A DNA stretch of 64,000 nt from Takakia lepidozioides. Its lineage: Eukaryota; Plantae; Bryophyta. Positions 10,421-23,700 of the stretch are shown piece by piece. How positions within the stretch are numbered: the first letter of the stretch is position 1; every line of letters starts with the position of its first letter. The stretch spans positions 61,876,001-61,940,000 of the forward strand of contig CM060731.1 in NCBI GenBank assembly GCA_030704615.1, in the 5' to 3' direction. Made by a program: the position numbers and the translations under genes. The notes beneath the pieces were generated by a model. It had not been told where the DNA came from, ran no database searches, and worked only from the letters and a program-made list of their open reading frames with translations.

Positions 10421-12974
10421 CTACGCTGGAATAAGGTGACTATCAAGAACCGGTACCCTTTGCCAAGGACCAACGACCTCTTCGATCGGTTGGCAGGAGC
10501 GAAGTATTTCAGCCGGATCGATTTGCGCTCCGGGTATCATCAGATCCGAGTGGCGGAAGGAGATGAGGAGAAAACCGCGTGCATGACAAGATATGGTTCG
10601 TATGAGTTCTTGGTGATGCCTTTTGGCCTCACCACGCACCCGCGACCTTTAACACGCTAATGAACAGCCTTTTCCAGGAGTGGCTAGATGACTTTGTGAT
10701 CGTGTACATCGACGACATCTTGGTGTACTCGAAAACAAAGGAAGAGCACCTAGAGCACCTCAAAAGGGTGTTCCAGAAATTGCGGGAAGGAAAGCTGTAT
10801 GCCAAAGCTTCAAATTGCAAATTCGGGGTCACAAAAGTGGAGTTCCTAGGGCATGTGATTACACATGATGGGATCAAAATGGATGATAGAAAGATGAGGG
10901 CGATCTTGGACTGGGAGCCTCCGACTTCGGTCCCGGGAGTGCGATCCTTCCTAGGACTCGCCTCCTATTACCGGAAGTATGTGAGAAATTTTGCCAAGAT
11001 CGTGGGGCCGCTGTCAGACCTTCTGTGTAAATCCAAAGTCTGGGTATGGAACACCTTTTGTGGCCAAGTTTTCTGCCGAGTTGAAGCAGCGGATGGCGGA
11101 AGCTCCAGTCTTGAAAATCCCGGAGATCGACCGTCCGTTTGAGATTCATACAGATGCGTCGGACTTTGCGATTGGGGGTGTACTTATGCAAGATGGACGT
11201 CGAGTGGCTTACGAAAGTAAGAAACTGAATGAAGTGGAGCGACGTTGGCCGACGCACGAGAAAGAGATGAAGGCGGTGGTGCATTGCCTTGAACTTTGGT
11301 GCCACTATGTTGGTTCCAACCCGGTGAAGGTATTCACGGACAATGTCACGGTGAAGTATTTTGCCACGCAACCTAAGTTGTCCCCAAAACAACTTAGGTG
11401 ACAAGATACTTTGGCGGTGTTCGACGTGGATATCCAGTACAAACCGGGACGGGACAATGTGATGGCCGATGCTGGAACTGCGATTTAACCCCCATCCTCA
11501 AGTCCCGCATCACGGACTTCACCATCTCATCCCTCCGGTAAGCCTTCCGGATCTTCCTTTGGAGCGCCGTCTCGCCCCTTTACACCAACAAAAGCTGCTG
11601 CTTTCTACTTCCGGTATAAGCAAAAACGTCTCTACGTGCCAAAATGAGGGATCAGAGATAGTCTCTTGAGAGAATGCCATGATGGCCCGCTTGCGGGCCA
11701 CGGCGGAGCCAAGCGCACCGCGGCACTCTTGAAGAAAGAGTATTTATGGCCCAAACTGAGGGAGGAGGCCGAAGAGTATGTCAAGACATGCACCACATGC
11801 CAATAAAACCGGAGCGAGTACAAAAAGCAAGCGGGGCTGTTCCAAAAAGCAAGCGGGACTGTTACAACCCTTGCTGATTCCAGAGGGGTCTTGGGAAAGT
11901 GTCTCGATGGATTTCATGACTGCTATGCCGCTGTCAAAAGGATTCGATGCAATCATGGTGGTGGTGGATAGGTTCAGTAAAATAGGCCATTTCATCCCCA
12001 CCAAGGAGACGGCAACGGCACAGGAGACGGGGCTTCTTTACTTCACCCACGTCTTCAAGCATCATGGACTCCCAAAGGATATTGTCTCGGACCGCGATCC
12101 AAAGTTTACGAGTAAATTTTGGAGGGCACTTTGGAAGAAGATGGGGACGAGGCTCAAGATGAGCACCGCCTTCCGACCTACGACAGACGGCCAAATGGAA
12201 AGGGTGAATTCCGTGGTGAAGCAGATCTTGCGGAATTATGTGTCGGCGGACCAATCAGACTGGGTGGAGCACTTGGACGCGGCGGAGTTCTGTTATAATA
12301 ACACAAAATACTCGGCAACGGGTGTTTCTCCTTTTGTATTGGTCTATGGAAAAGCACCTCTAGTGCCGACAAGTTGGGCTGCCTAAGACGTTGAGGAACC
12401 GGCAGCAGCAGCAGTGTTGGAGGAACGCGAGCGCTTGTTGAAGCTCGCAAAGTACAACATCGCCAAAGCTAGGAAACGGTATGAACGGCAGGCAAATCAG
12501 AAGCGGAGGGAAGTCAAGTTTGAGGCAGGCACGGAGGTCTGGTTGAACATCAAGAATTTTTGACTACCTCCAAAAGTTAGTCCGAAGTTCGTACCTCCGT
12601 ATGCGGGACCCTTTCGCATCCGGAAGGTTATGAATGAGGATGTGTATGAATTGGAGCTGCCGACAAACAGCATGGTTGATCCGGTATTCCACGTCTCCCT
12701 TTTGAAGCCTTACTTCAAAGATGAAGCGTGTCCGAATCGGCATCAAGTGTTGCGTCCGCCACCTGTGCTGTTGGATCATGAAAATGAACCCGAGTACGAG
12801 GTGGAGGCAGTGTTTAAGTCGAGGAGGTTCAAGAATCAAGAAACGGAGTATTTCGTGAAATGGAAGGGCTATCATCATGTGGAGGCATCTTGGGTGCGTG
12901 CCTCATAAATGGGGAACGCATCCGAGGCGGTTGCAGCTTTCGAAGGACGACCTCAAAAGCGGAAGAAGCGTTGA
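10421..12974 (+). pseudogene. pol: pol polyprotein remnant (RT, RNase H, integrase, chromodomain) with stops and frameshifts
   Basis: [32 protein letters not shown]; TDASDFAIGGVL; SMDF...VVDRFSK...SDRDPKFTSKFW...TDGQMER; chromodomain EYEVEAV...EYFVKWKGY...SWV. Confidence 0.95.
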
Positions 12975-13008
12975 TGGGGACATCAACCTTGGATCATGGG
13001 GGAGGAAA

Positions 13009-14016
13009 TGCATGCTTAGCCCGGCTTAGCTAGCTCAGGAATCCGATTGCAAAAACTTGTGTTGTATAAATTTTGTTATAATTGAAATGGTTTCCAAATG
13101 TTGTGCCTCCTATTTTGTTTGGAATGGTGATGCATGGTATGGTTGGCTAGTGTGTAGAATGCATGCTAGCTTACAAAAGTGGGAGAGGTAAATTGGATTA
13201 ATCGTGTGTTTGCGTAGTGCCGAAATCGGGTGACTCTTATCCAAGGAGCAAGGAAACTTGCGCCTTCTTTGGGAGTTCACGTACTAGTGCGCACCTGGCG
13301 CGTGCGCGTACTATAACTGCGCTACCGAGGGATTGCCTTGTAGTGCGGGCTAACGCGGAAGCTACGTGCTTCCGTTCATGTACTATAATCGTGTAGCATT
13401 GGGACAAAGTTGTAGTGCGGCTTTGGTCCCCCTTTACTCTTCCAAGGAACCCTCCACCAATTTGGGCTTAGTGGAAATTCCCCTTGGTAGATGGCAGTCC
13501 GGAATAGCTCCCCACTCCTTGGTCGCTGTCCGGCTCGCTCGCTTACTCACTAGTTTTTGGTCACCAACGGGCTTGCACCGTTCGCGGGGTTATTACTCCC
13601 TATATATACTTCTGTGACTGTCTGCGAGGGTTTCACAAACAACCATGCTTTTTTATGGCAAACCACCACGAAGACCCTCGATTCCCGGTGATGAGTCGCG
13701 GTGAGTCTTGGCCCACCCACCACGGCCCCATTGGACCGTGGTGAGTCCCAAGACTCCCCACGACTCCCACCACAAGGTCTCCGCCCCATGGTGAGTCCTA
13801 TGCCACCCCCACTAAGCTACCACCACCCCTTGTGGAGCCACCCCCCACCGCAGCCCGGTGTGCAGGGCTCCACCTAGTGAGCGCCTCCGCCTCATTGAGT
13901 GCCTCGGGCGCTCAAGGGTGCTTCAGCCCCCCGACCTATTGCTGCCACTACCCCCACCACAGGGGCAGCCCCTCTGCGTCCCGACCCCCTGCCCTCAAGG
14001 CAAAGGGGCCGCGACA
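13009..14016 (+). repeat. 3' LTR of the chromovirus
   Basis: Follows the PPT, has TG...CA ends and TATATATA at about 13601. Its 3' approximately 580 bp match the solo LTR segment 35554-36135 in reverse complement. Confidence 0.85.
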
Positions 14017-14583
14017 CACACCCCTACCAACAGGGAGTCGATGTCCTCATCGACTTGTCCATTTAGTAGAAACAAACATCCAAGTTGTGGCGTCCCACAT
14101 CAAGGAGTTTGTTTCCGCACCATGGCGTCCCATGGCAAAGAACCAAACCTCACACTTGACTCTACTCTCCACTAGCTAGTTCGGCCGACTTCCTCCAAGT
14201 CTCGACCAAGGGTGGAGCCTCTCAAGCTCCTCCCAGTGCACTCTTCTTGGTCCACTTCACGGCCAAGGAATGATCCTCCCCGAGGATCGAATCACCTTAC
14301 TACAACAACATTGCTTGCGACCGCTCATGATGCCGCTTTTGGCATCACCTTGAGCAAAGGTTCACCTTGAACCTTTTTTTAGTAGGAAGATAACCTTGAA
14401 CCAACCGTGCTCCCCAATCGCTACAATTGGGTCCGCCTTGGAATGCTGGCCTGAGGTATGGGATGTCCCGGTGAGCAGCCGAAGCTCCGAGTTGGCCCGG
14501 CGGCCAAGTTGGGAGTTAGGCGCGTGCATAAAAGTGAGTAACTATGACTTGAAGGGGTGCTTACCGAAGTGAGGTGCGCGACA
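14017..14583 (-). repeat. Inverted fragment of a related LTR (terminal part)
   Basis: 14463-14583 is a near-identical direct copy of the solo-LTR terminus 36160-36280 and ends in GCGACA. Non-retroviral coding sequence resumes at 14584. Confidence 0.7.
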
Positions 14584-17570
14584 TATAGACCAGGAAACCG
14601 CATCATAGACCTTACAGCAGAATGCGATGAGGGAAGTCCAGCAAACCCGGCCCTACATGTCTCTGATTGCACCCTTCCCACCGCTTTCAACCCCGAGTCT
14701 GTTCTGTCAGCAGACCCTCAAAACTTACTTGATGGTGAAATTGATAGTCTGCTGGTGCGCCTACAAGACCAGAACCACCGTATGGCAGAGCAGGATAGGC
14801 AGCAGACTGACAAAACTGCCAATGGGAGTGCACGCACCACGAGAGAGGAGACTACCCTGGACACTGTGGAGTACACTGCCCAGGAGATTTGTCATGAGGG
14901 GACTAACCAGAATAAAGGGCAGGAGACTGTCCAGCAGAATGCACGGGGAGTTGTCCAGCAGACTAGGCAGGAGACTGCCGTGGGTGCAGATGACATTGTT
15001 CCGGAGTCTGCCAACGACATTGCCCCAGAGACTGCAGATGACTCCCACGCCCAACAAAGTACCCGTAAGACTACCCATGAGTCTGCTCCTACGTCTGAGA
15101 ATCCCTTCCACCAGACTCCACAATACTCTGCCCAAGACACTACACACAAGTCTGCTCAGACGAGTTCACAAGACTCTGGTCAGCAGACAAGACAAGTCTC
15201 CGCCGAGGTGACAGCCCAGCTAAGAGAGTCTGTCCAGAAGACTGCAGCAGACTCTGCCCACCAGACTGCACATGAGTCTACCCAGGTGACTGCAGCAGCG
15301 GACCCTGCCCACCAGACTGCGCATGAGTCTGCCCAGGTGAGAGCAGCAGCAGACCTGTCCCACTTGACTGCGCATGAGTCTGCCCAGGTGACTGCGGAAG
15401 CAGGCCCTACCCACCGGATTGTGCATGAGTCTGTCCGGGTAACTTCAATAGACACACCCCAACAGACTGCAGCAAACACTTCCTAGCAGACTGCAGCAGA
15501 CCCTCCCCAGCAGACTGAACAGATGACTGCACTTGAGTTTTTCAAGGAGACTTCTTCAAAGTATGTCCAGAAGACTATTGGGGAGATTGTGGTTGACCCA
15601 TCCAAGGCGGCTGCTCAACAGTCGTTCCAGCAGACTGCTGTACAGCCCGCCCAGAAGAGTTTCCATGAGGGGACAGTTGAGGACGTCCACAAGCAGACTT
15701 TGCCTTCGTCGTCTTCATTTGCTCCTGCTCCTGCTAACGTTGGGTAAACAATAAAGACAGGTGGTCTGCTCACACCGCCCAATTCTTGTGTTAGTTCAAC
15801 GCATGCCATTCGTGAGGCTGCGAGGACTGGACCGGCAAGTGTCAACAAACCGACTGACACTCTTCTGCTGCGCAGCAGAGCTACAATATTGCGGCAGTCT
15901 AGGCAAGTTGTCCCAGGTGCATTAGAGAGCACCTCCGTTCGAGCAGAAAGAGGAAAAGCCCAAAAACGTCCGGTCATTGAGGCAGTCAAGGAGACTGGAG
16001 AGGGTCATGTTCAAAAAAGACCAGCCAGGAAAGTCAAGTCTGATGTGTTTATGAACAAGGACCGCCGATTGTGTTTGGACATGGATAAGGAGGTGGCAGA
16101 GTTATTTGCGTTGAAGAAGTAAGTCATATGTGTCTGCTGCTTGGTCGTGTTCTTTTAAAGTTGCCTTTGCAGGTTTGTATCTTCTGGCAGTCTACTGGCT
16201 TCTTGTCTGCAGTCTTATGAGGCCTCTACTCGGTCTGTTGTGACTGTGCCCCACAGTTGTGTTTGTCGACTTTGTCGAATGTCAGGTCTGTTGTTTGGTC
16301 TGCTGTGACAATGCAGTCCACTGTCCAAATGTCCATTATCCACTGTCCGAATGTCCGAATGTCGGGTTGATAAAAGATTGATGACCGATTGTCGGGTCTG
16401 TTGGTCGGTTTGCTAAGAGTCTGTCTTGACTTCGGTTTTTGAACTTTCTGGTAATTCAGGTCCCCTCATCAGTCTGCTAAGACTATGCAGCAGACTGATG
16501 TTTTTGGACTTTGTAAAGTGAGTGGTGTCTTGCTGGGGTCTGACTGTATGTGCAGGATTGAAAGTCGTTTCCGGCGATTGATGTCCATACATATAGCCGC
16601 TGGGAATAGCATGGTGTATTTTTTCGAAGGAGACTCGCGGTTCCGATGTGACATTGCGCCGGAAGACATGAAAGCACTAAACATGGTTGAGTCGGAGTGC
16701 TCGGACAGACTTTTGGATGTGTGGTGTCGTTTTTTCGAGAACACCTTAGACTCGAGGACGTATGGCACTGTCGCTCTTTTGCCAACGTTGACGTGGTCTG
16801 TTTTCCAGACTTTCGACACAACCCCACGCGAAACTTTGGTGGCAAACCTTGATGGTGCCTTGACTTCTTCGCAACTTGGCAAAGACATTAAAGACTGCAC
16901 TCATATATTGGTGCCGGTCTTGCAAGGGTAAGTCCCGACAGACTCGTTGCACATTTTGGAGTCCGCTGAATATTGGGTCTTCTATGTGTGCAAGCCCTCA
17001 TGGTCTGTTCGACTCTCGTGTGAATTGGACGTGATGGTCTGTTGGACTCCTGCACTCTTGGATTGTTGGTCTGTTGGACTGCTAGTCTGTTGCATCTGTT
17101 GGAGTGCTTTGTCTGTTGGGCAGTTGGCCATTTGGACAGCCGAGTATGTTGGTCTGCAGAGTCTGTTGGGTTTGGGACTAATGAAATTGTCGGGCATGTT
17201 CATTTTTACATTGAAGGTGCCACTGGAGCGTCATTATCATCGACCTAAGGAAAGGCGCCTACACCCACTTGAACTCCCGAGGGAACTGCATACTTGCATA
17301 CAACTCTTTGGTTGGATTCGGAAGGTGCATGCAGGGTGCTTTGGATATGCTGTTGGGACTCCACAATGGGATGAAGTAATGGCATTTCAGTTCAACTCTC
17401 CCGAAGTGCCCCAACAACCTTTCAGTTGGGAGTGTGGGTTTTACGTGATGTCTTTCATTGAAGGGTATTACGACTGGCTGAAAGGCGATAGGAAGAAAAC
17501 CAAAGAGAGAGGACAAGCCTTCACACCAAGGTGGTTTAATTTCAGGTTTCCGATACTGCAACGATTGTAG
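14584..17570 (+). pseudogene. Ulp1/C48 SUMO-protease-like gene with a long repetitive N-terminus; disrupted
   Basis: THILVPVLQG, then an intron (about 16928-17216), then CHWSVIIID...HLNS, and after a frameshift VPQQPFSWECGFYV (H-N/D-Q-C catalytic set). In-frame stops at 15484 and 15745. 17-aa repeats (AHQTAHESAQV) at about 15240-15450. Confidence 0.8.
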
Positions 17571-18602
17571 TGTGTAAAATATATCCGTCGTGGTTTGGAC
17601 GATGCAGAAAAACTGCTCCATTGAGGAAATAAATATATACATTCATTGTTGTCTCAATTCACATTCTGAATGTATGTAATATTTTCTGAGATGAAGGCCT
17701 ACATACACTCATACTATCCCCACCTATGCAAGTTCGTCAAAAGAAGTCGTACAATAGCCGAACAATACAGTTCAATAGACAACCACCCCACGTCCTCACT
17801 TGAGCAGACTACTTGGTGCTACTATTAACTACTGTTAGCAGACTACAGTAGTCTCTGTCTATTTGACCAGTCTGCCGCACAGTCTGCTGGCCGCTGAGCA
17901 GTCTGCCGGCTAGTCTGTTACACGCTGAGAAGTCTGTCGCACAGTCTGCTGGCCGCTCATCAGTCTGCTCGGCAGAGTGGGTGGCACTTTGATGCATAGT
18001 GTATATGTGTGCAGTTGGGCTCCGTGTCTGGGCGAGTACGCTCCGTGGGAGCAGTTCGGTGGATAGTGCAGAAGACCATCCAGTCTGTCCATACTGTAAG
18101 TTTGTTGGTCTCTGCAGACTATGCAGTGTATTGGGCCAAGACTGCTTTTTGTGTTTGAAATAGCCGAAAACCATCAGCAGACTTGGCAGTGTTATTCTGT
18201 ACTTGTGCAGTCTGTTTGGCAATTTCCGCGGTCTGTTGAGCAGAATGCCCAGTCTTCCGCAACTGGACGGTGGGGCACTCTGAGCTTTGATGGATTATCA
18301 TATTTTCCTTTTGCAGTCTTTTGATAGGGAACACTCACTCACTTGGACTCAAAGAGTGTGAGCTCTGCCTATGACCAGAAATGTTTAGAACTGGAAAGCA
18401 ACATGATTGTGTAGCAGAAGTCAGAAACCTTTGTGTGTAGGAATCACTAGTTTGATAATTTCACTGTCCTGCATGTATGTAAGATTCAAAAACTCAAATC
18501 TGCACATGAGATGAATGCAGCCATCTATGGCATGCACATTTATTATGTGTATCTGTCTTGGATGCATATGATGGCATAACATTGTTTTGTTGTGTGAGTA
18601 GT

Positions 18603-18861
18603 CTACTTGGGTCCCGCCCAACGGTATGAAACCTTAACAATTCTAGAGTATATTTTCGTTGCAGATGTTGGGGCATACACCCTATTGCGCGTTCTCCGCA
18701 AGACTCTAGGTCGGGTTTTCCATGCTTCGACGAAATCCCTCTTCCTTTTCAGAGAGAAATTATTATTGTCGTCAACAGGTTGGAAAGGTTTTGCTGCACA
18801 AGGATGTAGCATCCCAGCAGCACTTTTGGCCAGGATATCAATAAGCTGCCCTCTACAGATT
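18603..18861 (-). pseudogene. Displaced 3' end of the element B transposase
   Basis: Removing 18862-38061 joins ...HVLLCLRI (38055-38348 ORF) in frame to CRGQLIDILAKSAAGMLHPCAAKPFQPVDDNNNFSLKRKRDF. Confidence 0.85.
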
Positions 18862-18890
18862 AACCCTATTTTAATTAATTCTGGACTTTT
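18862..18890 (+). repeat. Left TIR of element C
   Basis: Reverse complement of 38028-38056 with 2 mismatches. Confidence 0.9.
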
Positions 18891-19600
18891 GGCTTAAATC
18901 CGGACCAAACTTAATATGTATTTGAATTAAAATTAATTCAAATGTTAATAATATCTTGGATAGTAATGTGTGATTGAACTTTGTGAAATTACAAGTGATG
19001 TCATACTTGCTTCAAAATGTAACATATAATATGTTCATTTGACATTGAAGTGCTTGTGAAGTTGCAGTGTAATTGAACAATTCATTGAACGTCGATTGAG
19101 AAGTCGAATGATGTAATATTACATTATGTTACAATCACGATAAACAAATGTGTCGAATCGAACATGGGATAGACTCATAGTACTCTACCATACTTGATAT
19201 AAGTTGATAGTATTTTTGATTGAATATTCATATTGACAAGCACAATATTCATAGACAATGCCATTGGAATGATGTTTTGGGTGTGAGAAGGGCAGTAAAA
19301 TATTAAAATAGCTTGAAACATTAGGAAGATGACCTACTAGGGCAGTAAAATAAGGTTTGGGGTGTAACTAGAATATTAAGTGCAATAAGGTCCAAGTTTG
19401 TGGTGACTCGGAGAAGGGTTTAGGGTTTTAAAGGGTTTAGGATAGAAAGAGAGAAACAAATATGGACGACTCTAAACCTCTGTAGAATGTAAAAATGTAA
19501 GGGGAATTTGATATCCATGTAATCATTCTATCATACGTTATCCAACTTGAAAATTAAATAAAACATTAAGAGAATGATACAAATTTTACAAGAGGTAACA

Positions 19601-20335
19601 TGGTAGTACAATAAGGTTTGGAGTTTATTATAAGTAGGGTACTACAACTAAGGTTTTTGGTATATGGTAAAAGTAATGGTTTAGGGTGCTAAAGGTCACG
19701 CTTAAGCTTGGGGTAAGGATTATTAAGGGAAGGGTAAAGGGAAGGGTAAGGGTTTAGGGCTTGGATTTAGGGTAGAAATGGACAAACAAATATGGAAGAC
19801 TCACACATGGTAGTACAATAACTTGGTTTGGAGTGTAAGTAGGGTAGTACACTAACCTGGTTTTTGGTATATGGTAAGAGTACTAATGGTTTAGGGTAGT
19901 AAGTGTCAGGCTTAAGCTTAGGGTAAGGATTAAGGCCAGGGTAAAGGAATGGGTAAGGATTTAGGGTTTGGATTTAGGGTAGTTCAAAGGGACAAACAAA
20001 TATAGAAGACTCACACATGGTAGTACAATAACTTGGTTTGAAGTGTAAGTAGGATAGTACACTAACCTGGTTTTTGGTATATGGTAAGAGTAATGGTTTA
20101 AGGTAGTAAGTATCAGGCTTAATCTTAGGGTAAGGATTAAGGCCAGGGTAAGGGTTTAGGGTTTGGATTTATGGGAGTACACAAAGGTTTTTGGTATATG
20201 ATAAGAGTAATGGTTTAGGGTACTAAGTGTCGGGCTTAAGCCTATGGAAGGGTTAAGGAAGGGTAAAACGAAGGGTAAGGATTTAGAGGTAATGATAAAG
20301 GTATAAATGGACAAACAAATATGGAAGACTCGCAC
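19601..20335 (+). repeat. Subterminal tandem repeat of about 205-210 bp (about 3.5 copies) rich in TTTAGGG/GGGTAA motifs
   Basis: Units begin TGGTAGTACAATAA at about 19601, 19808 and 20018 and end GGACAAACAAATATGGAAGACTC. They contain many GGTTTAGGGT words. Confidence 0.85.
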
Positions 20336-20704
20336 TCTCTAGAATGAGACATTGCAAAAAAACATTTAGACCGGATTGGAAAAGAAAGAATCCAGGGGTT
20401 GTGCCAGCATTTTTTTTTTTTGGTGCATTGTCTGTTTTGTAAGCCAGAATCCCCCATGTCACGAATATATGTAGATGAACAGAATGTACAGCAGTGCAGA
20501 TTCCAACACGGCAGAAAGAAAATAGATGAACGTCCACTGCCCACTCGAGGTTCAGTGCGACAGAAAAAGAAGACAAGAAAGATCACCCAATGCAAACACG
20601 AAGGGAAAGAAGCGTAAAGAATGTTTTATATCTTAAAATAAAAGACCGGAAATGACCTCAACATTTAGTCCAGAGATGGAAAGTGGTTCGCAAGAAGGAA
20701 ACCT

Positions 20705-23700
20705 TCAGGTATCTGGCTGAAGGTTAGCAACCTCCAAATTCGCGCGCGCCTTCACTGCTTCCACCGTTGTAATTCTCTTGGTGCTATTTCTTGTCGTATT
20801 TTTTCGTGGCGGCATTGTCCACACGACATTGTTCATGTGGATCCATTGAGCAGGATCTGACGGGTTGTACTCCCAAACTTTTGACCAACAGTCCCTGTAG
20901 CTCTCAAAGTCTGAGGGGTTACCTCCTTTCTTCGGTCTCCACCACTTCACCTTCACTTTCTTAAAATTAGGATCTTCCCTTTCTCGGATGACATCTGAAA
21001 TTGCCATTCCCATCCAGACCGGGCACGTTGTTGGGTCATGAGGGCGAACGAGCACAAAAAACCCTTGCTCAATATCCTTGAACGGATTCAAGGGTATCCT
21101 TGGACGCTCACACCTAGGGCCACAGTAAGGTTCTGGAACTTCATCCTCATCTTCCATATCTTCCAGTATCTGTGGCTGGATGCCATCCCTCCGATGGTTT
21201 GAGGACCAATTTGTTTTCGGCCAAAATCCCTCAAGAAGCTGAATACGATCCGGAATGTCCTGCATTGGCTTATCAAGTTCGGCGAGAATATTTCCCCAGT
21301 ATTGGTCATATTGTTCCATCACACCCCGGTAATGATCGTCAAGCAACATTCCTTTGGTCCAAAAATCTCTGTATTTCTTAATACCATTTTTTTATGAATG
21401 ACTGTTTTTCTGAGGAGTCGTCCCCGACTTCCCATATCGGTCTTCTTGGAACGACATCTGGGTCTCCTTCAGGGAGATTTGGAGTCCCATCAGGATTGGA
21501 CTTCCACATCTTAACGCTGGAGTTTGTAGGAAGCCACTCCGAATCAGTAGCTGACTTCTTGTACTTCATAACGGGCCAGCCATCCGCATCCTTAAAAAAT
21601 CAAAAGACGTGCATCTCTGAGATCCCGACCAAAGCCTCATTTACATCATGAATACAACCCTTAACAAACTTCTTGAAGTCGGGAACCTCCTGTATGATTT
21701 GAGGAATGAATTGCATATCTTGGGAGATCATGAATGACCTCATCAAATCCGGAAGAATGTAGGTGTTGCGTTCCTTTAGATTCTTCAAAAGATAGCTGAA
21801 GAATCCGTCAATATCCTCATGGGTGAGCCCGACCATGAGAAAACCAAGCTGGATCTCTTCAAAGACATCTATGGCAGTGAGGAGGGATAGGAAAGCAAAC
21901 ATCCATCTGTTTTTATTGTCCTTGGATGAGTTGTCCATCTGCAAATAAAATCGTCTAGGAAGTGGTCGAGCACCACGTTTATCGTGCGGCCTGCAGGGTT
22001 TCAGAGCCTCCAAACATCTCGATTTACCTCTCATGAGCGTTTCAAAAAAATCATTTTGAGTGTCGAAAATGTTCTTGGATTCCCGGCATGTCGGCTTTTC
22101 CAGTTGGCGCAGGCACCGAGCCAGTGACCCAATTGTAAAGTTTGAATTATCTTTCCAGAACTCAAGGGAAAATTGAGCGTAAGCTCCATCTCCGTGTCCG
22201 TGTGTAACCATTCCTGTCAATGAGACAGACAACTGACCCAATCCCGAGACCATCTTGTTTGTCGTCTGTAGCCTCGGAATAGCCATTTTCTTATCATGAA
22301 TAATACATAGGAACTCTTCCGGAACCATAACCGACTCATTCCTCCAGCTATGGTATAGCCTTCTGCATGACTCTTGATGCCTCAAGTGCAAATCAAGCGC
22401 CCGCTTATGTGCGACCTGTTCGGAACTCCTCTTAATCGACTTCTTGATCAAGTCCTTGAATATCTCGCATTCTGTGCACTTAGCAAAGGTGCTTCATGTT
22501 TTTCGAACCTCCACGTTAGAAAATATTAGATTCCGTATGCAGCTTATAGCTGGCTACGAGACTCCTTTCAAACCGAGCAGTCTGTTTGTCTGCACCCCAA
22601 CTCCCCAACAATGTCAACGTCCACTGGGCAGTGGAGGTTCTACAAAGTGGAAGAACAAGAAAGCATGATGGCATCAAAAAGAATAAAATCATCCACAGTA
22701 TTTTGAAAAACGAAAAGGGACAACGAATAAAAGTCACCTCGTTGGACTCATCTCGAATTCTCTTCCAGTTCATTTCGGGTGGCAAAATTCTCAAAGTATC
22801 CCGACGTCCCTCTTTAATGCAACTTGTTTTGTGAGGCATAAGGTCAGTATTGGCATTGATAATGGACATAATGTTCCCCTCTGCCTGGAGTATCCCTGGT
22901 CGCGGCCGCTTGACGCCACGATTTTCGTGGAAAGATAACAAACAGCCCTCTTTACTGAGCTTTTTGTACTCCATGTACGTTGACCTTCCAATTCCGTGTA
23001 TTATCCACCATGCTTTCTCACAAACATCAACACCTTCTATCGTAACATACCACCACTGCGATGACCCATCCATAATGTGAAGTCGTTTTGAAACATTCAA
23101 TCCAAGTTCTCTTCTCTCATTGAATGACGAACCCCAAAATGTAGTATGAATTGCCAAGTCTCCAATCAAAATACTGGCAGCACTGAAGCTTGCAGCAAGG
23201 TTTGCTGCTCACCAACCTCGCTTCATCCAAAGTAAGATTTTTCTTGTATTTTTTTGAGTCCTCCATATTGGATGGATTCTTCTTCCTAGTAAAATGTCTG
23301 TATGCTGCTAACAATACGCCTGTACCATAGTCGTCATTCTCCATGTCACTGCATGATCGTAGGAAATTTTCGAGATCAACGGAGAGTATCCGGCCATTTT
23401 CAAGAAGTCTTGTTTTTATTAACGGCCATTTCACAATCGACATCAGTGAACCGGACTCTCCAGAGATTGTTCTGGTGACAGAACCCCAACATTGTCCTCT
23501 CCGAGTTTATCATTCAGAATGATCTTATTAGGAATGCATGCCTGAATTCGGCCTTCGAACAGGGCGTTTCCGTCCTCCCCAAGAAGAAGACACTGCAAGT
23601 TTCTCCAACAATCTCTCCCTAGACCTGTAGGCAGATCCCCTTCAGTCTCACCATTGGACGGAATATCATTGCTTTCAGTGCTTTGACATTGATAATCACT

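Larger units (their letters stand above)
10421..14016 (+). mobile_element. 5'-truncated Ty3/Gypsy chromovirus LTR retrotransposon (RT-RNaseH-integrase-chromodomain, PPT, 3' LTR)
   Basis: Gypsy domain order, PPT GGGGGAGGAAA at 12998-13008, and an LTR from TG at 13009 to ...CCGCGACA at 14016. Confidence 0.92.

Noticed and set aside
19300-20335. Genuine telomere or chromosome-fusion scar
   Set aside because: TTTAGGG words are isolated within a complex 205-bp unit inside a TIR element, not a tandem heptamer tract.
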